A stretch of 58,459 nt of DNA, filler included, from Circinaria calcarea (taxonomy: Eukaryota), in the NCBI GenBank assembly GCA_051942165.1. It is 7 parts of 7 records of this genome, joined end to end, with 100 filler letters (N's around TTAATTAATTAA, not from the genome) between each part and the next. Parts side by side here need not be neighbours in the genome. Positions count along the whole stretch, not along the records: positions 50,212 to 58,459 come from JAVECS010001144.1; 6 more parts are not named here. One strand, 5' to 3'. A program made the translations under genes and the position numbers. Positions 50,818 through 58,459 of the stretch are shown here, in pieces; position 1 is the stretch's first letter, and each line of letters opens with the position of its first letter. The notes under the pieces were generated by a model that saw only the letters and a program-made list of their open reading frames with translations, was not told where the DNA came from and did no database searches.

Positions 50818-51994
50818 AGCGGTTGTTGTCGTTGATGGTTGGTTTGCGCCGAGTTCTCGAAACCTGAGAATCTGAAGTTTGTGGATGTCCAAGGATATAA
50901 GCGAAGAGGCGCTAGAGGAGCTGCCAGCCCTTAAGTTTGCCGGGTACTGTATCGATTATCTAGTAAGACAAGTTTTCTACGGACCTAACATTCGAGTAAT
51001 ATATAATTAGTCGTTGTACTTACTTCCACTCAGAAGGACAAGGTATTTTCGCCTTCTTCGGCCGAGATGATACTTTGCTTAAGGCCACTGATCCGTTCCC
51101 TTCTTCCAAAAAAGACTTCTATGGGCCGTAACTGATTATTGGAACAGCTTTATTCCAACGTATCATTGCAGAGGCGTTATGCAAACGGAACGTACGCTGT
51201 GATCATATAGTAATAGACAAGCCATCTACAGGAAGGCAAATCCTTCGGGTAGAAATACAACTTTCAGTAGCAGAGACTGTACCAAATTAGGATTAATATT
51301 CATTGTTCGTGCATGAAATTATCTTAGCCAGTTAAGGCGAAGCAAAACCATTAGTTGATAACTCATCATAAAAGTTCCCTCGTTCAGTTCATCGAGAGGA
51401 ACAAGTCCTATTACTATGTAATGGAAAGCCTGAAGCACATTCATATTCGACTAATGTATATCCTACAATTTATGTAGGATATTCCGGGGAGCATGGAGTT
51501 GCTGAAGCTTTCGGAAGTGGCTTCTCAAGCCTATCTATCCAAGTACGATGATAGGGATGTACTACCAAGTCATGGTGAAGTTCTCTCGTCGAGCATTGGG
51601 CTACATGCCGTGATCCCCAAGCGAGGGCACAGGACAAAATGTAGCACTGTAGCTAGCGCCGGCACCGGGAGCTGTCTCGGGGGTCCAGAGGACTGACGTA
51701 CCTTAGACCTCAGGTCGGCGAATTGTTCCTTTCACGCCGATGCGCAATCGCAGCGAAAAAGGGTCCGGGGTTGTGGGATGATGGGGAATCGCCCATCTGG
51801 TCAACAGATGGGAGACATTCTCTGTACACAGCTTCAAATCGTGCAAACCACCATGCATCACGCTCCACGACATCCACCTCGTCATGCTTGACCCTTGAAT
51901 AGCTGCGATACACCCTCCATCAAGCTCCACGGTACCGCCTCCAACCCTACTCTTTCGCCATCTCCGTCGTTGCTCTGACTTCGGATAGTCTTAC

Positions 51995-54265
51995 ATGGCA
52001 AGTATGAGGAGCTACTCGACCACAGCAACCGTAGAGCCATCAAATACCTCCAATAGGCGTCAGCCAGTCCGTCAGACACGTACAAACCCTGCCCGATCGG
52101 CTGCTCGGCCTTTGGGCAGATTGGGCTCTCTGAGCGGACCTCTCGAGAATGAAGGCAATGCTAACCCGGCGCCTGGGTTCTTTCCTGCCATTATACATTT
52201 CACAGATGCCATCACTGCCTTACCAAAGGAGATGATGAGGCATTCCACCATGTTGAAGGAGGTCGATGCCAAAGTCTACGGGCCTGAAGATGCAGTCAAG
52301 CAGCTCGTGACGGCAGCACTGAAAGCCCATGTCCCACCAAAACAGCAACCCGCCTTGCAAACGAATTCTTTGACAATCTCACATGCCGACACTTCCTTCA
52401 GTGCCACCGTCTCATTTAATGATCCGGGCGCACAGAGCCAGCTTGCGCAAGGAGAGGCCGGCTCGCGAATCGAAGCACACCAACACCCTGACCATACCGA
52501 CCTCCCTCGCAGGAACCTCTTCCACCAACTACGTTTTGTTATGGGTGAAATGCTCATGACTCTGGACGAGAAGAATCACGTCCTGTCCACTGCAACTGAC
52601 GCCCTCAGCAAGCAATTGGCTCGATGCGAGAGTTCTTTTCTTCATATCCAAGATGAGGTGAGCGAAGAAGCACGATATGGTAACCTTAATCACTGGGCAT
52701 ACATGGAGAAGACGGTTGAGAAAAAGGGCACAACCGCCGGCGAACGGACTAGGCGAGAAGCAGCAGTGGCGCATGGGGCTGCGATTGCCGCAGCGGCAGC
52801 TGCACACGATGGTGAAACAGCACTGCGGAGTGAGGCCAGGCGGGAAGCTCTGGCAGCTCGCAAGCAGCAAAATAAACAGGTCGACTCCGACTTCGATGAC
52901 GGACGAGGAGCTGGACATAGTACGACGAGAAAGAACACTGGCGCTGGCAAGGGCAGAAAAGTAGCAGAACCTGCCATACCTCCCAATGGCATCACTTCGG
53001 GTCTCGGTATCATCAACAGTGCTGCAATTGCTGGGGTTAACGGTCCAAACAAGCGGAGAAAGATAGAGAAGCCTGTCTCGAATGGCAATATTGGTGGTCT
53101 GACGATGGAGAGATCGCTAAGTGGGGTATTCGGTACGAATGCAGGAATCCCTCGTGGAGGAGCCGGCAGTCCAAGGGAAACACCCGCGGTAGAGCCCAGA
53201 AAGGGGAGGGCACGGGGAGGAGCTGCAATTAACGGTACCGGCCGACGACGGTAATGATTATGCTTCTGCTTATAAATTCTCGACTAATGGTCAACTCGTT
53301 AGGGCCAACACAAATGCATCTGTGATAAATTCACCGTCTCTAGCTTCCTCACCTGTCGTAACCACTTTTGCCGCTACGACGAAAGGCGCGCACAGTCCCG
53401 TTCTTACCACGGTGCAGCGAACGCAATCATCGAGGGCCCGCCAGAACTCCACACAATCTATTATGGAAGATGCAGTTCGCAAAAAGCCACCGCCTTCCAA
53501 TTCGAGCAAGCAGACGAACGGCAACGGCTTGCATGTAAATCAGCTGGACGTGGAAACAACAATGGGAAATAACGGCAAAAACACCGTCGAGGCGAAAAAA
53601 CCGATTAAAGAGTCTCCCTTGGTTGAAGAACAGACAGCCGAAAATGCATCAATCGGTGGAGGAGACGGAGCAGGAGAGCTGCCCATACCTAAGAAAGCTC
53701 AAGAGAAAGCCCTCAAGCGCGAAGAAAATGATAACGGTGGTAGCCGTAGTCGCGCTGACCGTCCACCCTCGATCTCAACTTCAACGCGAGGAGCCGGCAA
53801 GGCCTCAAAGACGGCGACGCCGATCAGCGGATCATTCCCCGAACCACAACGACCCCGATCCGGCAGAGCGAGCGAATTCACAGTCAAGCGATCGCACAAA
53901 AAAGGCGCAGGTTTAGCCGCACAACTCGCAGCGCAAGCGGCCGCGGCGGAGGAGGGCTCATCGATACAAGGGGATGGGGGGGAGGAGGAGGAAGAAGAGG
54001 ATGATCCGACAAATCTGAGGTACTGCTATTGTAACGGAGTGAGCTACGGGGACATGGTGGCGTGCGACAGCGATACGTGCAAGGGGCAGTGGTTCCATTA
54101 CGAGTGCGCCGGGTTGACAAAGGCGCCGATGAAGAATAGTAAGTTGTTTGAAATGTTTTACCTAGATATGGATGGTTTGGCTGACTTGTTTTGGTGCCAG
54201 CGAAATGGTACTGTCGGGATTGCAAGGAGAGCATGAAGAAAGGGGGGGTCCCGGGAAGCCGGTGA
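51995..54265 (+). CDS. PHO23: ING-family PHD-finger protein, Pho23-like (Rpd3L subunit); exons 51995-53250, 53303-54138, 54201-54265
   Basis: ING N-domain (HFTDAITALPKEMMRHSTMLKEVDAK…LDEKNHV) and PHD finger YCYCNGVSYGDMVACD…CKGQWFHYECAGL…KWYCRDC, completed by splicing. Assignment to Pho23 rather than Yng1/Yng2 rests on length and N-domain appearance. Confidence 0.85.
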
Positions 54266-56186
54266 TGCTCGTGGCGATTTGACGCTTTTCAGGGGACTAG
54301 AAAAACTACAAGGACACCTTTGACGTCTTGCACGCGCTTCACACGATACCCACGGGGTTTTGCATCTGGGCGTACGGGCTTGGCATCGGCGGAGTCGGAT
54401 AGTGGCGACATTTGGCTATCTGCGTTTTATTCAGATCGGCTCGAAAGGTTTGCTATCGAGCAGAGCATACATCTCCTAATTGCCGGGATCATCGGGCGTG
54501 TGGATATGGGGCTTTTCGAAACGAAATGTCAAATGCTCGGTGAATTGATATGGCTGGCTGCTACGAAGGCGGCTGGGCTCGGCGGCGCTCACTGGAATGG
54601 GTTTTCTCGCTCGTGTGCATGTCACAAAGGACATATGGTCTACATAGAGAAGCAGAGCTGTAGCTACTCTACTCAATAGATGAGATGGGGATGAGATGAA
54701 TGATAGCGAAATCGAAAAAACATCGGGGTCATGTCTTTTTCGTAGTCAACCATGGCTTTGAAGGCTCGTTTGAGACGTCCTGTCTTGTAGACGCGAAAGA
54801 GTTTACCATACGAAGGCATTTCCCTCGACGTTTAAACGCCTGGCTCGATGGTCCGAGAACAACCTGGGATTGGGTTGGTTGGATTTCGCTGGTAATATCC
54901 TCGAAAGCTCCTCCTACCCAGATCGCCACGCAGAACTCTCCCCTTTTATCCCGTTTCGATGATTGGGATGGAAGGGGACTTTTTACCCTCGGTCTTTGTT
55001 CATTGTTGTTGAGTAGCCAAAGAATCAAAAGCCTCATTGGGCGATTTCCGCGCGCGTGGACGGATGGGATTTGGGGATGCCCAAGGCGTTTGCATGTTTG
55101 CTCTTCGTTCGCTCAGAGTGAAAAAGGGGGGATGTGGACATTCTGACGGATGATCGGATTGTGTGATAGGAGGCAGAGGGAATGGATGGCACGACAATGG
55201 ATCTCCCGGGTGTGAATCGTGAGTGGTAACCCCCCCAAAACCCTTTCATTTGAGAATTGGGTCCGGTGCTGTTCTGCGCGATGTTCGACGATGGATTGCG
55301 CGGGGGAGCTAGGCTGGAAGAGGTAATGGGCCTTTCTACCATTCTTTCTCTAGTATCTACGCACTGATGTGGACTCCTACCTATGAAGCCTATGGCCGCC
55401 AAACCTGCTTTTCTTTGACACGCTGGTTATCCCCAAAATCACTCAGAAGATGGACACTCTGCCTATCGTATTAGCAAGGGGTGATCCAATACATGTAATG
55501 GCGTGCTCATGATAAACCCGGCAACCTGCCGTCTTACAAGTAGCTGCGAAATAGAGGATACAGGTAATTAAAAGCACAAAAGCTGGCTTATTTATGCTAC
55601 CCATGTAAAAGTTGGCAAACAAACGTCATGCACAAACATCTTCTACATCAGTCGTGTAATTACATTGTCTTTATTGCCTTGAAACCCTTTAATGTCACCT
55701 CCTGAGCATGTAACAAGGACCTGGCATGCCAAAGGAAACGCGATACATAAATCTCCTCTACAAGATCAACGCATTGGTCCTGGCTGCAATTATAAATGCA
55801 GTCACTTGGTAAATACTGTTTTGCGGCCAGCTTCCTTTGCAGCATGCAGTCTCTTTCTACCAGGAAGCTCTGACTGATGCGGTTCTGGAAAAGTTTGGAC
55901 GCGTGTAAAGATGCGGCTTGTGTTAAGACACCATCCTGTGTGAAGCCGGTGATTTCGCTCTACTTACCACTAGGTGTGTTTCTCTATCTTGTTTACGCGA
56001 AATCACAGTGTGTTGTCTGGAGTATATACTAGCACAGAACGGCAGAAAGCTGTTTCTTAAATATTCAACGGTCCATCTTAAACCATCCAACAGCCCTTCA
56101 TTACTAACCAGACAGTCGCAGTGTGCAGAGTCCATATCTACCCTCCTGTTCAGAGTCAACCAAGCTCATCTACACCCATTCGCATT

Positions 56187-58459
56187 ATGAGCTCGATGGA
56201 GCCGATGTTTGAAATCGCCGAAGATGCACCACCTCCGGTCAACATAATCTCAAGAACCTCTTGCCTGTCAGGCTCGACCCTCAACACTCCTACTCAGATA
56301 CCTATAGCCACAAATGCCTCGTCTGCTCCTGCACGTCCTAACCTTCTGGTCATCCCTTCGGAGCTTCGACGGATGATATTCTCCATGTTGTTGAAATCAG
56401 ACTCAAATATCTTCATCTCCAGATGTGGAGTCATCTACCTTAATTCTCATGGGAAAAACAATCAAGGACCGACCTCGCATGAGGAATTGTTAAAACCACT
56501 TCTCGTGTGCCACCAGCTCTATCGTGAACTGTCGCAAATGTTCTACACTGAGAATACCTTTGAATTTGTTGATGGGTACCATGAAGCGCTTCGATTTCTG
56601 GAAGGCATCGGCCCTCGTAGACGGGCTCTCATGTCTGGTGTTTCCCTGACCGAACCGAGTCTAGCAAGCGAAGTGTACTGGGATTACTGGTTTGAAGAAG
56701 AAAGAGACACTGGGTGTAAAAAAGGTACTAGGGTTGATGATGCGGCAAACAGGGTGTATAGCCTGCTTGCGGAATCTCGTTGCTTACAGAAAATACAAAT
56801 ATACGCTAATGAAGTGGAGTTCGAGTCAGTGAGCGCACAGCAAGAGTGGGAATGCGAACTGGGCCAGTGGCCGTTCCGCAGCCTTACTGCCCAAAAAATT
56901 GCTCTGAACCCTGAGGCTCTCAAACGTATGATGGCGAGCATAGGAAGTCGTGCGCGGGTCAGGGATCTCAGCAGGGAGTTAACAGGACTTGTCACGCTTC
57001 AGGAATTGCGCGGTCTCAAAGAGGTGATTGTTCAAGATGCAAATTTCCAGAACATTACAACATCAGGTGATGTGCTTCCTGACCAGTTGTTGAGGCAAAA
57101 CAGACATTTTGCAGCGGAGCTATCAGCCTTGTTGCGGCAGCCTAAGCCACTCGCTGAAGGTGAAGACGAAAGGAATCTCCCAGCAGCCAAGATAAGATGG
57201 AAAAGCAAGCACGATATCGTTTTGGAAAAGGTCAGTGACGTCGCAAAAGACGGTGTTGAAGACGAAGATGGGAAAATAAAATTAGAGGAGAGCGGTGTAA
57301 TAGATGGAAGTAAACGCCATAAAGAGGACTCATCATCTCAGTCTACAGCATGCCCGCAGCCCACGACACCATCGAAGAGTACTGCTGGTAGAGACACAGA
57401 ACTAAAAACACCAAGACTAGCGGAACTGCGGTATGGAGATCATACCCTCTTGTCGCCATCTACATATGAGAAACATCGAAAGCGTAGACCCACGAATCAA
57501 AGCAGATTCTCGGTACATTGCGCTGCCCGTCTTACGGCGCCCTTCGACTTCATACATGCGCCCAACCGAGACTGGCCCTCTCCCTCCGTCGTATTGCGTA
57601 GGCCTATGAAGACCTCAAATCTCCTATCCATCCCCAAGGAGCTCCGTCTGAGAATCTTCTCGTATCTCTTAAAATCAGACTCCAGCATCGTCGTCAAAGA
57701 GTACAGCACGCGTCAATCACCTCCCTCTCTTTCTTTCGAGAAACGCGCTTTCACACACCAACGAGATCCGGACTGCCCGTTGGTTCCCTACTATGACGAA
57801 GATGGGAAATACGAAGTGTATCACTGGGATCTGCTGCGGCCTCTTTTAGTTTGTCAGCTGCTCCACGATGAGCTGATGCCCTACTTTTACACCGAGAACT
57901 TTTTTGAGATGCACCATGGCTACAGCAGTGCTATCACTTTCCTCAAAGGCATCGGCCCTCGTCGACGCCGATTAATTAGCCATGTCAGCTTGACAGAGCC
58001 CTCGGCTAAGACTGATGGCTACAGCATCAAGAAAACCGATGCAGATGCGGAACTTGTTTATTCTCTTCTTGGTCAGTCATGCCAGTTACATACACTGCAA
58101 ATCAATGCAGTGGAAATTCGGTTTGAAGAGTTCTATGGTTACCGCGACGCCGTGAAAGACACCGTCATTTCACATCCCCTTATTATGGCCCGCGAAAATC
58201 CAAAAGAGGATGACTGCAAGAACAATTACGAAGCTGACATGACACCCTACAGCGGCATAAAAGACTTGCGGAAGGAGCTCCCTGGGATCGCCTCGCTTCA
58301 GACACTCCGAGGTTTAAAAGAAGTGATTGTGCGTGATGCAAACTTTCGGGGTGCGCATGACCAAGATGGTAATGCGCTGGATGAGAGTCTCATGGAGCAA
58401 AACAGACCGTTTGGAGAAGAGTTGGTTAAGCTGTTGAAGCAACCAAAGATCTCTATTCC
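56187..58459 (+). CDS. Intronless hypothetical protein (>757 aa, runs off the window) with two tandem copies of an F-box-like motif plus associated domain
   Basis: Stop-free frame from ATG 56187 to the window end. Copy 1: NLLVIPSELRRMIFSMLLKSDS…LLKPLLVCHQLYRELSQMFYTENTFEF…FLEGIGPRRR…LRGLKEVIVQDANF. Copy 2: NLLSIPKELRLRIFSYLLKSDS…LLRPLLVCQLLHDELMPYFYTENFFEM…FLKGIGPRRR…LRGLKEVIVRDANF. Confidence 0.85.
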   Translation, partial: MSSMEPMFEIAEDAPPPVNIISRTSCLSGSTLNTPTQIPIATNASSAPARPNLLVIPSELRRMIFSMLLKSDSNIFISRCGVIYLNSHGKNNQGPTSHEELLKPLLVCHQLYRELSQMFYTENTFEFVDGYHEALRFLEGIGPRRRALMSGVSLTEPSLASEVYWDYWFEEERDTGCKKGTRVDDAANRVYSLLAESRCLQKIQIYANEVEFESVSAQQEWECELGQWPFRSLTAQKIALNPEALKRMMASIGSRARVRDLSRELTGLVTLQELRGLKEVIVQDANFQNITTSGDVLPDQLLRQNRHFAAELSALLRQPKPLAEGEDERNLPAAKIRWKSKHDIVLEKVSDVAKDGVEDEDGKIKLEESGVIDGSKRHKEDSSSQSTACPQPTTPSKSTAGRDTELKTPRLAELRYGDHTLLSPSTYEKHRKRRPTNQSRFSVHCAARLTAPFDFIHAPNRDWPSPSVVLRRPMKTSNLLSIPKELRLRIFSYLLKSDSSIVVKEYSTRQSPPSLSFEKRAFTHQRDPDCPLVPYYDEDGKYEVYHWDLLRPLLVCQLLHDELMPYFYTENFFEMHHGYSSAITFLKGIGPRRRRLISHVSLTEPSAKTDGYSIKKTDADAELVYSLLGQSCQLHTLQINAVEIRFEEFYGYRDAVKDTVISHPLIMARENPKEDDCKNNYEADMTPYSGIKDLRKELPGIASLQTLRGLKEVIVRDANFRGAHDQDGNALDESLMEQNRPFGEELVKLLKQPKISI

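Noticed and set aside
33494..54265. RPB1, SWD1 and PHO23 as an H3K4 writer/reader gene cluster
   Set aside because: PHO23 is on a separate contig; only RPB1-SWD1 are physically linked.

Overview
Fungal (filamentous ascomycete, Pezizomycotina-type) nuclear DNA, but not one continuous locus. It is seven contigs (8279, 8276, 8270, 8268, 8268, 8250, 8248 bp, size-sorted) joined by artificial 100-bp N44-TTAATTAATTAA-N44 spacers, so adjacency is meaningful only within a contig. Several contig ends look like low-quality reads. Contig 1: Dsl1/ZW10 tether and a DHA1 MFS transporter. Contig 2: 3' end of a WLM (Wss1-like) protease, an LTR-like fragment, a RIP-degraded island of unidentified gene relics, and a truncated CYP7/CYP8-like P450. 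Contig 3: Rgt1-like Zn2Cys6 factor directly upstream of a KpsF/GutQ-like SIS-CBS gene. Contig 4: frameshifted SAM methyltransferase, a small N/Y/Q-rich orphan, and an unusual Cys/His-domain + C2H2 protein. Contig 5: RPB1 head-to-head with SWD1. Contig 6: about 5.8 kb without a recognisable gene, then a Q/H/P-rich conserved fungal regulator with an ATG-only first coding exon. Contig 7: RPL8 (eL8) divergent from PHO23, and an intronless >757-codon ORF (absent from the ORF track) with a tandemly duplicated F-box-like module. Gene models were read by eye from GT-AG/branch-site signals; family assignments come from recognised motifs, not database searches. The best candidate for an undescribed system is the Rgt1-like TF / SIS-domain gene pair, which remains a hypothesis.
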